Below, one piece after another: positions 17,924-30,877 of a stretch of DNA of 64,000 bases. The stretch's first letter is position 1. Each line of letters opens with the position of its first letter. Source of the DNA: Cytophagaceae bacterium (GTDB lineage: Bacteria; Bacteroidota; Bacteroidia; Cytophagales; Cytophagaceae); NCBI GenBank assembly GCA_021151805.1, contig JAGKWN010000001.1, positions 10,746 through 74,745 of the forward strand. Reading direction: 5' to 3'. The notes beneath the pieces are model-generated. The model did not search any database. It saw only the letters and a program-made list of their open reading frames with translations, and was not told the DNA's origin. The translations under genes were made by a program, and so were the position numbers.

Positions 17924-20900
17924 TTGGCAACTAACAATACTCAAAATCTTAGAAAGAGCTTTGCAAAAACGAGAAGTACGGTTGAATACCCAGATTTCTT
18001 AGATATTCAAGTTAGATCTTTCAAAGATTTTTTTCAGATTGATACTCCTGCTGAAAATAGATTCAAAGAGGGACTTTATAAAGTTTTTGCAGAAAATTTT
18101 CCAATCTCTGACTCTCGTGATAATTTTATTTTGGACTTCATCGATTACAACATCGATACGCCGAAATATAATGTTGACGAATGTATTGATCGTGGATTAA
18201 CGTACGCAGTACCTCTTAAAGCAAAACTTCGTCTTACATGTAACGATAAAGACAACGAAGACTTCCAGACAATCGAGCAGGAAGTGTTCCTTGGGAATAT
18301 CCCTTACATGACTGAACGTGGTTCATTCGTTATCAATGGCGCAGAGCGAGTAATCGTATCTCAGTTGCACCGTTCTCCGGGTGTATTCTTTGCTCAAAGC
18401 AAACACACAAACGGAACAAAACTTTACTCTGCAAGAGTAATTCCTTTCAAAGGATCCTGGATTGAATTTGCAACAGACGTGAACAACGTGATGTTTGCTT
18501 ACATCGATCGTAAAAAGAAATTCCCTGTAACTACCCTATTAAGAGCAATTGGTTACGGTAGTGATAAAGATATATTGGATTTATTTGGTTTATCTGAAGA
18601 AGTTGAAGCAAATAAAGCAAACATCAAAAAATCAATCGGTAGAAAATTAGCTGCACGTGTACTTCGTACATGGACAGAAGATTTCGTTGATGAAGATACT
18701 GGTGAGGTTGTTTCTATTGACCGTAACGAAGTTCTTCTTGAGCGTGATTCTATCATTAAAGAAGAAGACATTAACATCATTGTTGAGTCGGGTTCTAAAT
18801 CAATTATCCTTCACCGTGAAGATGTGAATATTGCTGATTACACAATCATCTATAACACACTTCAGAAAGATAATTCAAATTCAGAAAAAGAAGCGGTTGA
18901 GCAAATCTACCGTCAATTAAGAAATACAGACGCACCGGATGAACAAACAGCTCGTGACATCATTCACAACTTGTTCTTCAGTGATAAACGTTATGATCTT
19001 GGTGAAGTTGGTCGTTACAGAATTAATAAAAAATTAGGTAGCGGCATGGGTAGTGAGGTAAAAGTCCTTACGAAAGAAGACATCATCAACATCGTTAAAT
19101 ACTTAATCGGTCTCATCAACTCACGTGCTGTTGTTGATGATATCGATCACTTGAGCAACCGTCGTGTTCGTACGATGGGTGAGCAGCTTTACAGCCAGTT
19201 CAGTGTTGGTCTTGCGCGTATGGCAAGAACAATCAAAGAACGTATGAACGTTCGTGATAACGAAGATTTCAAACCTGTAGATCTGATCAATGCTCGTACA
19301 CTTTCTTCAGTAATCAATTCATTCTTCGGAACAAACCAGTTATCTCAATTCATGGATCAAACCAATCCATTGGCTGAGATCACACACAAGCGTCGTATGT
19401 CGGCTCTTGGGCCAGGCGGTTTATCCAGAGAGCGTGCTGGTTTCGAAGTTCGAGATGTTCACTATACGCACTACGGTCGTCTGTGTACAATCGAAACTCC
19501 TGAAGGTCCAAACATTGGTTTGATTTCTTCTCTTTGCGTTCACGCAAAAGTAAATAGCATGGGTTTCATCGAAACTCCTTACCGTAAAGTTATTGATGGT
19601 ATCGTTGACGTTAAAAATCAACCGGTATTCTTAACAGCGGAAGAAGAAGACGGTGCACACATTGCACAGGCAAACGCTATGTACGACGATAATGGTAACT
19701 TCCTTAACGATCGTATCAAAGCAAGATATGAAGGCGACTTCCCGGTTATTGCTCCGGATAAAGTTGACTTGATTGATATCGCAACAAACCAGATCGTATC
19801 CGTTGCGGCGTCACTTATTCCATTCCTTGAGCATGATGATGCGAACCGTGCGTTGATGGGATCAAACATGCAGCGTCAGGCAGTTCCTCTATTGAGACCG
19901 GAAGCTCCGATCGTAGGTACAGGTCTTGAAAGACGCGTGGCAATGGATTCAAGAACATTGTTGATTGCAGAAGCTGATGGTGTTGTTGAATATGTAGATG
20001 CTAACGAAATTAAAATGCGTTACGATCTTACGGATGAAGATCGTTTGGTAAGTTTTGATTCAGACATCATCACATATAGCTTAATCAAATTCAGAAGAAC
20101 CAACCAGGATACTTGTATCAACTTGAAGCCGGTTATTCAACATGGTGAAAGAGTTAAAAAAGGACAGGTATTATGCGAAGGTTATGCTACAGATAAAGGC
20201 GAGTTAGCATTAGGTAGAAACTTAATGGTAGCGTTCATGCCTTGGCAAGGGTACAACTTCGAGGATGCGATTGTTATCAGTGAAAAAGTAGTACGTGATG
20301 ATATCTTCACATCTATTCACATTGAAGAATTTGAATTAGAAGTTAGAGATACAAAACGTGGTGAAGAAGAATTAACTTCTGAGATTCCGAACGTAAGTGA
20401 AGAAGCTGTTAAGAACCTGGATGAAAACGGTATTATCCGTACAGGTGCTGAAATTAAAGAAGGTGATATCTTAATCGGTAAAATCACTCCTAAAGGTGAA
20501 TCTGATCCTACACCGGAAGAGAAATTGCTTCGTGCAATCTTCGGTGATAAAGCTGGTGATGTGAAGGATGCTTCTATGAAAGCTCCGCCATCATTACGTG
20601 GTGTTGTTATCGATACAAAATTATTCTCCCGTCCGAAAAAAGATAAAGACTTACGTCTGAAATCTAAGAAGCAGGTTGAGACAATTAAGAGTAAGTACAG
20701 CAAAGATCTTTTGGCTTTAAGAGAGCAAATGATTGAAAAGCTTGCAACTTTATTGGAAGGCCAGACTTCTCAAGGTGTTAAACACAAATTCGGAGATGAA
20801 GTAATTTCTAAAGGCGTTAAATTCTCTCGTAAAAATATTGAGGCGAATGTCTTCCCAGACAAGAACCCATACAGAGATGAGAGCAACTACAACGTTCAGG

Positions 20901-21799
20901 AAGAAGCTAACTTATTAGGTGATTTGATTATTGATAATTGGACATCTGATAAAAAGATCAATGAAAACGTTTTACGTTTAGTTAAAAACTATTTAACACA
21001 ACGTAACGAAACAGCTGGTAAATTCAAGCGTGAGCGTTTCACTTTAGAAGTTGGTGATGAATTACCTGCAGGTATTGTTCAATTAGCAAAAGTATATATC
21101 GCTAAGAAACGTAAGTTGAAAGTTGGTGATAAGATGGCGGGTCGTCACGGTAACAAAGGGGTTGTTGCCCGTATCGTTCGTGATGAAGATATGCCATTCT
21201 TAGAAGATGGAACACCAGTAGATATCGTACTTAACCCACTAGGGGTACCTTCACGTATGAACATTGGTCAGATCTATGAAACACTATTAGGTCTTGCTGG
21301 TAAACGTTTAGGTAGAAAGTATGCAACTCCGATCTTCGATGGTGCTTCTGAAGAAGAAGTAATCAACGAATTAAGAGATGCAGGTTTACCTACAATCGGT
21401 CGTACGAAATTGGTAGATGGTTTATCGGGTAATCCTTTTGACCAACCAGTTACAGTAGGTGTTATTTATATGATGAAACTTGGTCACTTGGTTGATGATA
21501 AGATGCACGCTCGTTCAATCGGGCCATACTCTCTTATCACGCAGCAACCATTGGGCGGTAAAGCTCAATTTGGTGGTCAGCGTTTTGGTGAAATGGAGGT
21601 TTGGGCACTTGAAGCATTCGGTGCAGCAAATATTCTTCAGGAGATCCTTACAGTGAAATCTGATGATGTTGTAGGTCGTGCTAAAACATACGAATGTATT
21701 GTTAAAGGCGAAAACCTACCGAGACCAAACATCCCGGAATCATTCAATGTATTGGTGCATGAACTAAGAGGTTTAGCTCTTGAGATCACACTTCACTAA
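17924..21799 (+). CDS. rpoB: DNA-directed RNA polymerase subunit beta
   Basis: 1291 aa with conserved blocks throughout. The only plausible initiator after the in-frame TAA at 17903 is TTG at 17924. Confidence 0.98.
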   Translation: MATNNTQNLRKSFAKTRSTVEYPDFLDIQVRSFKDFFQIDTPAENRFKEGLYKVFAENFPISDSRDNFILDFIDYNIDTPKYNVDECIDRGLTYAVPLKAKLRLTCNDKDNEDFQTIEQEVFLGNIPYMTERGSFVINGAERVIVSQLHRSPGVFFAQSKHTNGTKLYSARVIPFKGSWIEFATDVNNVMFAYIDRKKKFPVTTLLRAIGYGSDKDILDLFGLSEEVEANKANIKKSIGRKLAARVLRTWTEDFVDEDTGEVVSIDRNEVLLERDSIIKEEDINIIVESGSKSIILHREDVNIADYTIIYNTLQKDNSNSEKEAVEQIYRQLRNTDAPDEQTARDIIHNLFFSDKRYDLGEVGRYRINKKLGSGMGSEVKVLTKEDIINIVKYLIGLINSRAVVDDIDHLSNRRVRTMGEQLYSQFSVGLARMARTIKERMNVRDNEDFKPVDLINARTLSSVINSFFGTNQLSQFMDQTNPLAEITHKRRMSALGPGGLSRERAGFEVRDVHYTHYGRLCTIETPEGPNIGLISSLCVHAKVNSMGFIETPYRKVIDGIVDVKNQPVFLTAEEEDGAHIAQANAMYDDNGNFLNDRIKARYEGDFPVIAPDKVDLIDIATNQIVSVAASLIPFLEHDDANRALMGSNMQRQAVPLLRPEAPIVGTGLERRVAMDSRTLLIAEADGVVEYVDANEIKMRYDLTDEDRLVSFDSDIITYSLIKFRRTNQDTCINLKPVIQHGERVKKGQVLCEGYATDKGELALGRNLMVAFMPWQGYNFEDAIVISEKVVRDDIFTSIHIEEFELEVRDTKRGEEELTSEIPNVSEEAVKNLDENGIIRTGAEIKEGDILIGKITPKGESDPTPEEKLLRAIFGDKAGDVKDASMKAPPSLRGVVIDTKLFSRPKKDKDLRLKSKKQVETIKSKYSKDLLALREQMIEKLATLLEGQTSQGVKHKFGDEVISKGVKFSRKNIEANVFPDKNPYRDESNYNVQEEANLLGDLIIDNWTSDKKINENVLRLVKNYLTQRNETAGKFKRERFTLEVGDELPAGIVQLAKVYIAKKRKLKVGDKMAGRHGNKGVVARIVRDEDMPFLEDGTPVDIVLNPLGVPSRMNIGQIYETLLGLAGKRLGRKYATPIFDGASEEEVINELRDAGLPTIGRTKLVDGLSGNPFDQPVTVGVIYMMKLGHLVDDKMHARSIGPYSLITQQPLGGKAQFGGQRFGEMEVWALEAFGAANILQEILTVKSDDVVGRAKTYECIVKGENLPRPNIPESFNVLVHELRGLALEITLH

Positions 21800-21849
21800 T
21801 ATCATAATAGTTTAAGAACCTTTTGGCTAACCAATAGACACAGAAAAAA

Positions 21850-24800
21850 ATGGCGTTCAGAAAAAACAAAAAACTGAATAACGATTTCACAAAAGTAACC
21901 ATCAGTCTTGCTTCTCCGGAATCAATTCTTGAAGGATCTCATGGTGAGGTTACACAACCGGAAACAATCAATTACAGAACGTACAAACCAGAGATGGGTG
22001 GTTTGTTCTGCGAAAGAATTTTCGGTCCGGTAAAAGACTGGGAATGTCACTGCGGTAAATACAAACGTATCCGTTACAAAGGGATTATTTGTGACCGTTG
22101 CGGTGTTGAAGTAACTGAGAAAAAAGTTCGTCGTGAACGTATGGGGCACATCGAATTAGTAGTACCTGTTGCGCATATCTGGTATTTCCGTTCACTACCA
22201 AATAAGATCGGTTACATGTTAGGTTTACCTACTAAAAAACTTGATCAGATTATATATTACGAGCGTTACGTTGTTATTCAATCAGGCGTTAAATCTGAAG
22301 ATGGTATCAACTACCTTGATTTCCTTACTGAAGATGAATATCTGGATATCCTGGATAAACTTCCTCGTGAGAACCAATTATTAGACGATAAAGATCCGAA
22401 TAAATTCATCGCGAAGATGGGGGCTGATGCGTTAGAAACACTTCTATCTCGTCTGAACCTAGATGAATTATCATACAGCTTACGTCACGCAGCAGCGAAC
22501 GATACTTCTCAGCAACGTAAAGCAGAAGCTTTAAAACGTTTGAAAGTTGTTGAAGCTTTCCGTGATGCAAGATCTCGTATAGAAAACAAACCAGAGTGGA
22601 TGATCATCCGCATGGTTCCTGTTATTCCCCCTGAATTACGTCCATTAGTTCCATTGGATGGTGGCCGTTTCGCAACATCAGATTTGAATGATCTTTACAG
22701 ACGTGTTATTATCCGTAACAATCGTTTGAAGAGATTGATCGAAATTAAAGCTCCGGAAGTAATCCTACGTAACGAAAAACGTATGCTTCAGGAAGCAGTG
22801 GATTCATTGTTTGACAACTCACGTAAGATTAACGCTGTACGTGCAGAAGGTAACAGAGCATTGAAATCACTTTCAGATATGTTGAAGGGTAAGCAAGGAC
22901 GTTTCCGTCAGAACTTACTTGGTAAACGTGTTGATTACTCTGGTCGTTCTGTAATCGTTGTAGGCCCTGAATTGAAAATGCATGAGTGCGGTCTTCCGAA
23001 AGATATGGCAGCTGAATTATTCAAGCCATTTATTATTCGTAAGCTGATCGAGCGTGGTATTGTAAAAACAGTTAAGTCTGCTAAGAAAATAGTGGATCGT
23101 AAAGATCCGGTTGTTTGGGATATCCTAGAAAACGTATTGAAAGGTCACCCGATCCTTCTAAACCGTGCTCCTACACTTCACCGTCTAGGTATCCAGGCAT
23201 TCCAGCCAAAATTAATCGAAGGAAAAGCAATCCAGTTACACCCGTTAGTGTGTACTGCCTTCAACGCCGATTTCGATGGTGACCAAATGGCTGTTCACGT
23301 GCCGCTTGGACACGAAGCTATTCTTGAAGCATCGTTATTGATGATTGCATCTCATAACATCCTGAACCCTGCGAATGGTGCTCCAATTACAGTACCATCT
23401 CAAGACATGGTTCTTGGTTTATACTATGTAACAAAAGGCCGTAAGTCAACGCCTGAACACCCGATCAAAGGTGAAGGTATGGCATTCTACGGTGCTGAAG
23501 AAGTTGTGATCGCTATCAACGAAGGACGTTTATCACAACATGCACATATTAAAGTTAAAGGTACCGTACGTACAGATTCAGGTGAATTAGTAGAACAAAT
23601 GATCGATACCGTTGCAGGTAGAGTATTGTTCAACTTAGTTGTTCCGGAAGAAGTAGGTTTCGTAAACGAGCTTTTAACAAAGAAAAAATTACAGTTGATC
23701 ATTGGTATGGTATTCAAGATCGCTGGTATGTCTAAGACTGCGAAGTTCCTGGATGATATCAAGCAGATCGGATTCCAGATGGCCTTCAGAGGTGGTCTTT
23801 CTATTGGTTTGGATAACATTGGTATCCCGGCTGATAAAAATACATTGATCGATGGTGCTAAGAAAGAAGTTGATTCTGTATGGAGCAACTACTTAATGGG
23901 TCTTATCACTGATAACGAACGTTATAACCAGGTTATTGATATCTGGACACGCGTTAACTCTGAGATCACGGATACATTGATGAAGCAGCTTGAAGCTGAC
24001 CAGCAAGGTTTCAACCCGATCTACATGATGATGCACTCAGGTGCTCGTGGTTCTCGTGAGCAGATCCGTCAGTTAGGTGGTATGAGAGGTTTGATGGCGA
24101 AACCACAAAAGAACTTACAAGGTTCAGTTGGTGAGATCATCGAAAACCCGATTCTTTCTAACTTCAAAGAAGGTCTTGACGTTATTGAGTACTTTATCTC
24201 TACGCACGGTGCACGTAAAGGTCTTGCCGATACAGCCCTTAAAACGGCCGATGCAGGTTACTTAACCCGTCGTTTGGTAGATGTTGCTCAGGACGCGATT
24301 ATCAACGAACAGGATTGTGGTACATTAAGAGGTCTTACTGTTTCTGCATTAAAAGACAACGATGATATCGTTGAACCTTTAACAGAGCGTATCCTTGGTA
24401 GAGTGAGTGTTCACGATGTGTTCCACATTCTTACAAATGAATTACTTGTTTCTTCAGGACAAGAAATTACTGAAGAGATTGCAAGAAAAATAGATGACTC
24501 TGGTATTGAATCTGTAGAAATCAGATCAGTGCTTACTTGTGAATCAAGAAGAGGATGCTGTGCAAAATGCTACGGTAGAAACTTATCATCCGGCCAGATG
24601 GTTGGTATCGGTGAATCTGTAGGTGTTATTGCAGCACAATCAATTGGTGAACCGGGTACTCAGTTAACACTTCGTACCTTCCACGTGGGTGGTACGGCAT
24701 CTAACATCACGGTTGATGCAAACATTAAAGCTAAGTTTGATGGTGTAGTTGCTTTTGATGATTTAAGAGTAATTCAGTCTACAAACTTGGAAGGTGATAA

Positions 24801-26166
24801 AGTTACTGTAGTAATGGGTCGTTCAGGTGAGATTCGTATCGTTGAGCCGGTATCTGGTAAAACATTATTGAGCAATCACGTTCCTTACGGTGCATTCCTT
24901 AACGTGAAAGATGGAGAGACTGTGAAGAAAGGACAGGAGCTTTGCTTCTGGGATCCATACAACGCAGTTATCTTGTCTGAATTCGAAGGTACAATCCAAT
25001 TCGATTCGATCGAAGAAGGTGTTACTTACCGTGAAGAATCTGATGAGCAGACAGGTCACAGAGAAAAAGTTATCGTTGACACAAAAGATAAAACGAAAAA
25101 CCCTGCAATCATTGTAAACCATAAGAAAGGTGAGCCTAAAGGATACAGCATCCCGGTAGGTGCCCACTTAGCGGTTGAAGATGGACAGGATGTTAAACCT
25201 GGTCAGGTATTGGTTAAGATCCCTCGTTCTGTTGGTAAAACAAGAGATATTACAGGAGGTCTTCCACGAGTAACAGAATTGTTCGAAGCTCGTAACCCTT
25301 CTAACCCGGCTGTTGTTAGTGAGATTGATGGTATTGTTACATACGGTGCAATCAAGAGAGGTAACAGAGAAATCTTCATCGAATCTAAAGATGGCGTTAA
25401 GAAGAGATACATGGTACCGCTTTCTAAGCACATCCTCGTTCAGGACAACGATTTCATCCGTTCAGGTAATCCTTTGACAGATGGTGCAATCACACCGTCA
25501 GATATCTTATCAATCAAAGGTCCTACAGCGGTTCAGGAATATTTAGTAAACGAAATTCAGGAAGTATACCGTCTGCAAGGTGTAAAAATCAATGACAAGC
25601 ACATTGAGATCATTGTTAGACAGATGATGCAAAAGGTTCAGATTATCGAAGCTGGTGATACATCTTTCTTAACAAACCAGGCAGTGGATCGTTTCAAGTT
25701 CAGAGAAGAAAACGACAATATCTTAGATAAGAAAGTTGTTGTAGAATGCGGAGATTCTGAAAAACTAAGACCAGGGATGATTATTACTGCACGTCAGCTA
25801 AGAGATGAAAACTCAAGTCTGAAGCGTAAAGATCAGCGTCTGGTAGTAGTTAGAGATGCAGAACCAGCTGTTTCTATGCCAACGTTACAAGGTATTACAC
25901 AAGCTTCTTTGGATACAGAAAGCTTCATCTCTGCAGCATCGTTCCAGGAAACAACAAAAGTTCTGAGCGAAGCAGCAGTAAGAGGAAAAGTAGATTACTT
26001 GAAAGGCTTGAAAGAAAACGTTATCGTAGGTCACTTAATCCCTGCAGGTACAGGTCAGCGAGTATTCAACGACATCATTGTAGGATCTAAAGAAGAATAC
26101 GATAGCTTGATTGCTTCAAAAGAGGCATTCAATGCTTCTCGCAAAGGCGAGTTACAACAGAGTTAA
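21850..26166 (+). CDS. rpoC: DNA-directed RNA polymerase subunit beta'
   Basis: 1438 aa. Zn-finger [20 protein letters not shown] and catalytic [12 protein letters not shown]. Confidence 0.98.
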   Translation: MAFRKNKKLNNDFTKVTISLASPESILEGSHGEVTQPETINYRTYKPEMGGLFCERIFGPVKDWECHCGKYKRIRYKGIICDRCGVEVTEKKVRRERMGHIELVVPVAHIWYFRSLPNKIGYMLGLPTKKLDQIIYYERYVVIQSGVKSEDGINYLDFLTEDEYLDILDKLPRENQLLDDKDPNKFIAKMGADALETLLSRLNLDELSYSLRHAAANDTSQQRKAEALKRLKVVEAFRDARSRIENKPEWMIIRMVPVIPPELRPLVPLDGGRFATSDLNDLYRRVIIRNNRLKRLIEIKAPEVILRNEKRMLQEAVDSLFDNSRKINAVRAEGNRALKSLSDMLKGKQGRFRQNLLGKRVDYSGRSVIVVGPELKMHECGLPKDMAAELFKPFIIRKLIERGIVKTVKSAKKIVDRKDPVVWDILENVLKGHPILLNRAPTLHRLGIQAFQPKLIEGKAIQLHPLVCTAFNADFDGDQMAVHVPLGHEAILEASLLMIASHNILNPANGAPITVPSQDMVLGLYYVTKGRKSTPEHPIKGEGMAFYGAEEVVIAINEGRLSQHAHIKVKGTVRTDSGELVEQMIDTVAGRVLFNLVVPEEVGFVNELLTKKKLQLIIGMVFKIAGMSKTAKFLDDIKQIGFQMAFRGGLSIGLDNIGIPADKNTLIDGAKKEVDSVWSNYLMGLITDNERYNQVIDIWTRVNSEITDTLMKQLEADQQGFNPIYMMMHSGARGSREQIRQLGGMRGLMAKPQKNLQGSVGEIIENPILSNFKEGLDVIEYFISTHGARKGLADTALKTADAGYLTRRLVDVAQDAIINEQDCGTLRGLTVSALKDNDDIVEPLTERILGRVSVHDVFHILTNELLVSSGQEITEEIARKIDDSGIESVEIRSVLTCESRRGCCAKCYGRNLSSGQMVGIGESVGVIAAQSIGEPGTQLTLRTFHVGGTASNITVDANIKAKFDGVVAFDDLRVIQSTNLEGDKVTVVMGRSGEIRIVEPVSGKTLLSNHVPYGAFLNVKDGETVKKGQELCFWDPYNAVILSEFEGTIQFDSIEEGVTYREESDEQTGHREKVIVDTKDKTKNPAIIVNHKKGEPKGYSIPVGAHLAVEDGQDVKPGQVLVKIPRSVGKTRDITGGLPRVTELFEARNPSNPAVVSEIDGIVTYGAIKRGNREIFIESKDGVKKRYMVPLSKHILVQDNDFIRSGNPLTDGAITPSDILSIKGPTAVQEYLVNEIQEVYRLQGVKINDKHIEIIVRQMMQKVQIIEAGDTSFLTNQAVDRFKFREENDNILDKKVVVECGDSEKLRPGMIITARQLRDENSSLKRKDQRLVVVRDAEPAVSMPTLQGITQASLDTESFISAASFQETTKVLSEAAVRGKVDYLKGLKENVIVGHLIPAGTGQRVFNDIIVGSKEEYDSLIASKEAFNASRKGELQQS

Positions 26167-26184
26167 TCATTCATTGATAAAATA

Positions 26185-26224
26185 AACAAGGGCACTGGTT
26201 TAAAACCTTTGCCCTTGTTTTTTC
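26185..26224 (+). terminator. rho-independent terminator after rpoC
   Basis: aaacaagggc / gcccttgttt 10-bp stem followed by tttt. Confidence 0.75.
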
Positions 26225-26243
26225 TAAAAGCGTCTTATTAAAT

Positions 26244-26576
26244 ATGGCTATCAAAAATAACCCGGCTGAAGAAATAATGCAGAATCAATTAAACATTGAA
26301 TTGCCGGAAGACATGGCAGAAGGTGTTTACGCTAATTTAGCGATGATTGCGCATTCCAACAGTGAGTTTGTATTGGATTTCATCCGTATGATGCCAGGGG
26401 TTCCTAAAGCGCGCGTAAAAGCACGCGTTGTATTGACTCCAGAGCACGCAAAACGCTTATTACAGGCCCTGAATGACAATATTGTGAAATACGAAGAGTC
26501 ATTTGGAGCAATCAAGGATCAGGAAGAATTTCCTCGTTTCCCGATGAATTTCGGGGGCACAATAGGAGAGGCATAG
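26244..26576 (+). CDS. DUF3467 domain protein
   Basis: 110 aa. YANLAMIAHSNSEFVLDF is the core I associate with DUF3467, which commonly follows rpoC in Bacteroidota. Confidence 0.7.
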   Translation: MAIKNNPAEEIMQNQLNIELPEDMAEGVYANLAMIAHSNSEFVLDFIRMMPGVPKARVKARVVLTPEHAKRLLQALNDNIVKYEESFGAIKDQEEFPRFPMNFGGTIGEA

Positions 26577-26669
26577 TCCAATCCGTCCAAAAAACAGCAA
26601 TAAAATAATAAAGAATACCAGATTTGGTGATAAGATGTGGATGATTTTTTAAAAAAATAATATCCACAA

Positions 26670-26700
26670 TTTGCAGAATAGCCAAATATGCGTACCTTTG
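26670..26700 (+). promoter_or_regulatory. Bacteroidota sigma-A type promoter for rpsL-rpsG-fusA-rpsJ
   Basis: TTTG at 26670-26673, a 19-nt spacer, then TAccTTTG at 26693-26700, followed by cagtcc. Confidence 0.6.
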
Positions 26701-26739
26701 CAGTCCGATAAATTGAGAATAGTTAAATACTTAGGATAA

Positions 26740-27153
26740 ATGCCTACTATACAACAATTAGTAAGAAAAGGAAGAGAACAACTTGTATTCAAGTCCAAGT
26801 CTCCTGCTCTAGATTCCTGCCCACAAAGAAGGGGCGTATGTACACGTGTGTACACTACAACACCAAAGAAACCAAACTCTGCGATGCGTAAAGTTGCGAG
26901 GGTGCGTTTAACAAACTCTAAAGAGGTGAATGCTTACATCCCAGGAGAAGGACACAACCTTCAAGAACACTCAATCGTGTTGATCCGTGGTGGTAGAGTA
27001 AAAGATCTTCCAGGTGTTCGTTATCACATCGTTCGTGGAGCGTTAGATACTGCCGGAGTTAACGGTAGAAAACAAAGTAGATCTAAATACGGTGCTAAGA
27101 GACCTAAACCAGGCCAGGCTGCTGCAGCTCCTGCTAAAGGCAAGAAAAAATAA
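26740..27153 (+). CDS. rpsL: 30S ribosomal protein S12
   Basis: 137 aa. [11 protein letters not shown] and [10 protein letters not shown] motifs. Ala/Lys-rich C-terminal tail. Confidence 0.98.
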   Translation: MPTIQQLVRKGREQLVFKSKSPALDSCPQRRGVCTRVYTTTPKKPNSAMRKVARVRLTNSKEVNAYIPGEGHNLQEHSIVLIRGGRVKDLPGVRYHIVRGALDTAGVNGRKQSRSKYGAKRPKPGQAAAAPAKGKKK

Positions 27154-27160
27154 TTAGATT

Positions 27161-27628
27161 ATGAGAAAGGCGAAACCAAAGAAGAGATATCTTCTTCCTG
27201 ATCCTAAATTTAGTGACACTATGGTTACTAAATTTGTTAACAGCTTAATGTATGATGGCAAAAAAAGCACAGCATACTCAATTTTTTACGATGCAGTAGC
27301 ATTAGTTGAAAAGAAAACTTCTGAAAGCGGTTTAGAAGTTTGGAGAAAGGCACTTAACAACGTGAGCCCTCAGGTTGAGGTTCGTTCTCGTCGTGTAGGT
27401 GGTTCTACTTTCCAGGTTCCAACTGAAGTTCGTCCGGATAGAAAGATGGCTTTAGGAATGAAATGGTTGATCAACTACGCTCGTTCCCGTGGTGAAAAAA
27501 CAATGACAGATAAATTGGCTGGTGAAATTATCTCTGCTTCTAAAGGTGAAGGCGCTGCAGTTAAAAAGAGAGATGATGTACACAGAATGGCTGAAGCAAA
27601 CAAAGCATTCTCACATTTCAGATTCTAA
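27161..27628 (+). CDS. rpsG: 30S ribosomal protein S7
   Basis: 155 aa, in the conserved position. Confidence 0.97.
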   Translation: MRKAKPKKRYLLPDPKFSDTMVTKFVNSLMYDGKKSTAYSIFYDAVALVEKKTSESGLEVWRKALNNVSPQVEVRSRRVGGSTFQVPTEVRPDRKMALGMKWLINYARSRGEKTMTDKLAGEIISASKGEGAAVKKRDDVHRMAEANKAFSHFRF

Positions 27629-27646
27629 TTTTCGGCAAACGATATT

Positions 27647-29752
27647 ATGGCTCGCGATTTAAAATTCACAAGAAATATTGGTATTGCCGCTCACATTGAT
27701 GCTGGTAAAACTACTACTACTGAACGTATCCTTTACTATGCTGGTGTAAACCACAAAATTGGTGAAGTACACGAAGGTGGAGCAACAATGGACTGGATGG
27801 CTCAGGAGCAGGAAAGAGGTATTACAATTACTTCTGCTGCAACTACAGTTGGCTGGAAATATAGAAACAATAACTACCACGTAAACATCATAGATACACC
27901 TGGTCACGTTGACTTTACTGTTGAAGTAAACAGATCTCTACGTGTACTTGATGGTTTGGTATTCTTATTTAGTGCAGTTGATGGTGTTGAACCACAATCT
28001 GAAACAAACTGGCGTTTAGCAAACAATTACAAAGTTGCTAGATTAGGTTTCGTTAATAAAATGGACCGTTCTGGCGCAGATTTCTTAAACGTGTGCAAGC
28101 AAGTTAAAGAAATGTTGGGTAGCAACGCTGTTCCATTGCAATTACCAATCGGTGCTGAAGATAACTTCCAGGGTGTTGTTGATCTTGTGAATAACAGAGC
28201 AATCGTTTGGAATGAAGCTGACAAAGGTATGACTTTCACAGAAGTGCCTATCCCAGCTGATATGGTTGACGAGACTCTAGAATACAGAGAAAAATTACTT
28301 GAAGCAGTAGCTGATTATGATGAGACTTTGATGGAGAAATTCTTCGAAGATCCAAACTCAATCTCAGAAGCTGAAATATTAACAGCATTACGTAAGGCTG
28401 TTTTAGATATGAAAATCGTACCAATGTTGTGCGGTTCTTCTTTCAAAAACAAAGGCGTACAAACAATGCTTGATTATGTAATGGAGTTATTACCATCTCC
28501 ATTAGACAGAGATAACATCGTAGGTACCGATCCTGATACAGATAAAGAAGTTGTGCGTAAGCCGGTTGAAACAGATCCATTCTGTGCACTTGCATTCAAA
28601 ATCGCAACTGACCCGTTTGTAGGCCGTCTATGTTTCGTTAGATCATACTCAGGTCTTCTTGAATCAGGTTCTTACGTTTACAATACACGTTCTGGAAACA
28701 AGGAAAGAATTTCCCGTATCTTCCAGATGCACGCAAACAAGCAAAATCAAATCGAAAGATTACACTGCGGTGATATTGGAGCTGTTGTAGGTTTCAAGGA
28801 TATCAAAACGGGTGATACTCTTTGCGATGAAAAAAATAAAATTGTTCTTGAATCAATGGTTTTCCCAGAGCCGGTTATCGGTTATGCGATTGAACCTAAG
28901 ACTCAAGCTGACGTGGACAAGATGGGTGTTGCTATCGCTAAATTGGTAGAAGAAGATCCAACGTTACACGTTCACACTGATCAGGAAACTGGCCAGACAA
29001 TTTTGAGAGGTATGGGTGAATTGCACCTTGAAATCATCATCGATCGTATGAAGCGTGAATTCAAGGTTGAAATTAACCAAGGTGCTCCTCAGGTTGCTTA
29101 CAAAGAATCATTAACAAAAAGTACAGAACACCGCGAAGTTTTCAAAAAACAGTCAGGTGGTCGTGGTAAGTTCGCAGATATCGTATTCGAATTATCTCCT
29201 CGTGAAGACGAGAAATTAGGATTAGAGTTTGTAAACAATATCGTGGGTGGTGTGATTCCAAAAGAATTTATTCCATCTATTCAGAAAGGTTTTGAAGAGG
29301 CAATGAAAAATGGCGTAATCGCTGGTTTCCCTGTGGAATCAATGAAAGTACGTTTATTCCATGGTTCATTCCACGATGTCGATTCAGATGCATTATCATT
29401 TGAATTAGCAGCAAGACAAGGTTTCAAAGAAGCAGCTAAGAATGCAGGTGCAAAAATCATGGAACCAATTATGTCTGTTGAAGTTGTTACTCCGGAAGAA
29501 TATACAGGTCCGGTAACAGGTGACTTGAACAGAAGAAGAGGTATGATGAAAGGCATGGATTCTAAAATGGGAGCTCAGGTTATCAAAGCGGACGTTCCAT
29601 TGTCTGAACTATTCGGCTATGTGACTGATTTGAGAACTATCTCTTCTGGTCGTGCAACCGCTTCATTGACATTCTCTCATTATGAATTCGTTCCTGCAAA
29701 CCTTGCAGAAACTATAGTAGCTAAAGTTAAAGGTACTGCTGTAAGCAAATAA
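27647..29752 (+). CDS. fusA: elongation factor G
   Basis: 701 aa. [20 protein letters not shown] and NKMD motifs. Confidence 0.98.
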   Translation: MARDLKFTRNIGIAAHIDAGKTTTTERILYYAGVNHKIGEVHEGGATMDWMAQEQERGITITSAATTVGWKYRNNNYHVNIIDTPGHVDFTVEVNRSLRVLDGLVFLFSAVDGVEPQSETNWRLANNYKVARLGFVNKMDRSGADFLNVCKQVKEMLGSNAVPLQLPIGAEDNFQGVVDLVNNRAIVWNEADKGMTFTEVPIPADMVDETLEYREKLLEAVADYDETLMEKFFEDPNSISEAEILTALRKAVLDMKIVPMLCGSSFKNKGVQTMLDYVMELLPSPLDRDNIVGTDPDTDKEVVRKPVETDPFCALAFKIATDPFVGRLCFVRSYSGLLESGSYVYNTRSGNKERISRIFQMHANKQNQIERLHCGDIGAVVGFKDIKTGDTLCDEKNKIVLESMVFPEPVIGYAIEPKTQADVDKMGVAIAKLVEEDPTLHVHTDQETGQTILRGMGELHLEIIIDRMKREFKVEINQGAPQVAYKESLTKSTEHREVFKKQSGGRGKFADIVFELSPREDEKLGLEFVNNIVGGVIPKEFIPSIQKGFEEAMKNGVIAGFPVESMKVRLFHGSFHDVDSDALSFELAARQGFKEAAKNAGAKIMEPIMSVEVVTPEEYTGPVTGDLNRRRGMMKGMDSKMGAQVIKADVPLSELFGYVTDLRTISSGRATASLTFSHYEFVPANLAETIVAKVKGTAVSK

Positions 29753-29756
29753 TATC

Positions 29757-30062
29757 ATGAATCAAAAAATCAGAATAAAACTTAAATCTTACGATCACAA
29801 CCTGGTTGATAAATCTTCCGAGAGAATCGTGAGAGCTGTTAAGGCTACAGGGGCTGTTGTTAGCGGTCCAATTCCATTGCCTACAGAAAAAGAGATTTTC
29901 ACAGTATTGAGATCTCCACACGTTAACAAGAAATCAAGAGATCAGTATCAACTTTGCACTTACAAAAGATTAGTTGATATCTATTCTACAAGTTCTAAAA
30001 CAGTTGATGCTCTAATGAAATTAGAGTTACCAAGTGGAGTAGACGTAGAAATCAAAGTTTGA
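29757..30062 (+). CDS. rpsJ: 30S ribosomal protein S10
   Basis: 101 aa. [10 protein letters not shown] start. Confidence 0.97.
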   Translation: MNQKIRIKLKSYDHNLVDKSSERIVRAVKATGAVVSGPIPLPTEKEIFTVLRSPHVNKKSRDQYQLCTYKRLVDIYSTSSKTVDALMKLELPSGVDVEIKV

Positions 30063-30090
30063 TAAAATATCTCTTTTTGATAGAAATAAT

Positions 30091-30124
30091 AGAATGTAAT
30101 ACGAAAGTATTACATTTCTTTTCT
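30091..30124 (+). terminator. hairpin terminator after rpsJ
   Basis: aatgtaatac-gaaa-gtattacatt is a 10-bp stem with a GAAA loop, followed by tcttttc. Confidence 0.65.
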
Positions 30125-30163
30125 ACAAAGGGCTCATTTAAGAGAAAATAAACGTAAACTAAT

Positions 30164-30193
30164 TTTGCTTACATGTATTTTTTCGTATCTTTG
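30164..30193 (+). promoter_or_regulatory. Bacteroidota sigma-A type promoter for rplC and downstream genes
   Basis: TTTG at 30164-30167, an 18-nt spacer, then TAtcTTTG at 30186-30193, followed by cagtcc. Confidence 0.6.
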
Positions 30194-30254
30194 CAGTCCC
30201 TTTTTAGCGAAGGTGTAAATAATTAAATTGTATTGTCCGTAAAATATTAGGGTG

Positions 30255-30875
30255 ATGTCCGGTATTATAGGTAAAAAAGTAGGGATGACAAGCGTATATG
30301 ATACAGTAGGGAATTATGTTCCTTGTACTGTTATCGAAGCAGGTCCTTGCGTTATCACGCAAATCAAAACTGTAGAAACAGACGGTTACAAAGCTGTTCA
30401 GTTGGCTTTCGATGATAAAAAAGAAAAGAGCACTACAAAGCCTCTTTTAGGTCATTTCAAAAAAGCAGGTGTTTCTCCAAAAAGAAAGCTTGTTGAATTT
30501 AAAGGTTTTGAAAACGAATTGTCTTTAGGACAATCATTAGCTGCGCAAGACATATTTGTAGAAGGCGACTTCGTAGATGTTGTTGGTACTGCTAAAGGTA
30601 GAGGTTTTCAAGGTGTAGTAAAAAGACATGGTTTTGGTGGTGTGGGTGGTCAAACTCACGGTCAGCATAACAGAGCTCGTCACGCCGGTTCTATCGGTGC
30701 TTGTTCTTTCCCTGCACGTGTATTCAAAGGTACTCGTATGGCTGGCAGAATGGGTAACAACAGAGTTAAAATTCAAAATTTACAAATTTTGAAAGTTTAT
30801 CCTGAGCACAACTTATTAGTTGTTAGTGGTTCTGTACCAGGTTCTAAAAATTCTTACGTTTTAATTGAGAAGTAA
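30255..30875 (+). CDS. rplC: 50S ribosomal protein L3
   Basis: ATG at 30255 gives [12 protein letters not shown], a typical L3 start. The track begins one codon earlier, at GTG. Confidence 0.97.
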   Translation: MSGIIGKKVGMTSVYDTVGNYVPCTVIEAGPCVITQIKTVETDGYKAVQLAFDDKKEKSTTKPLLGHFKKAGVSPKRKLVEFKGFENELSLGQSLAAQDIFVEGDFVDVVGTAKGRGFQGVVKRHGFGGVGGQTHGQHNRARHAGSIGACSFPARVFKGTRMAGRMGNNRVKIQNLQILKVYPEHNLLVVSGSVPGSKNSYVLIEK

Positions 30876-30877
30876 TT

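Noticed and set aside
17404-29921. Many 60-147-aa antisense or off-frame ORFs within rplL, rpoB, rpoC, fusA, tuf, rplK/nusG and other translation genes (for example 15390-15833, 20317-20703, 23487-23888).
   Set aside because: They sit inside highly conserved genes, lack recognisable motifs, and have the biased composition expected of the complement of highly expressed codons.
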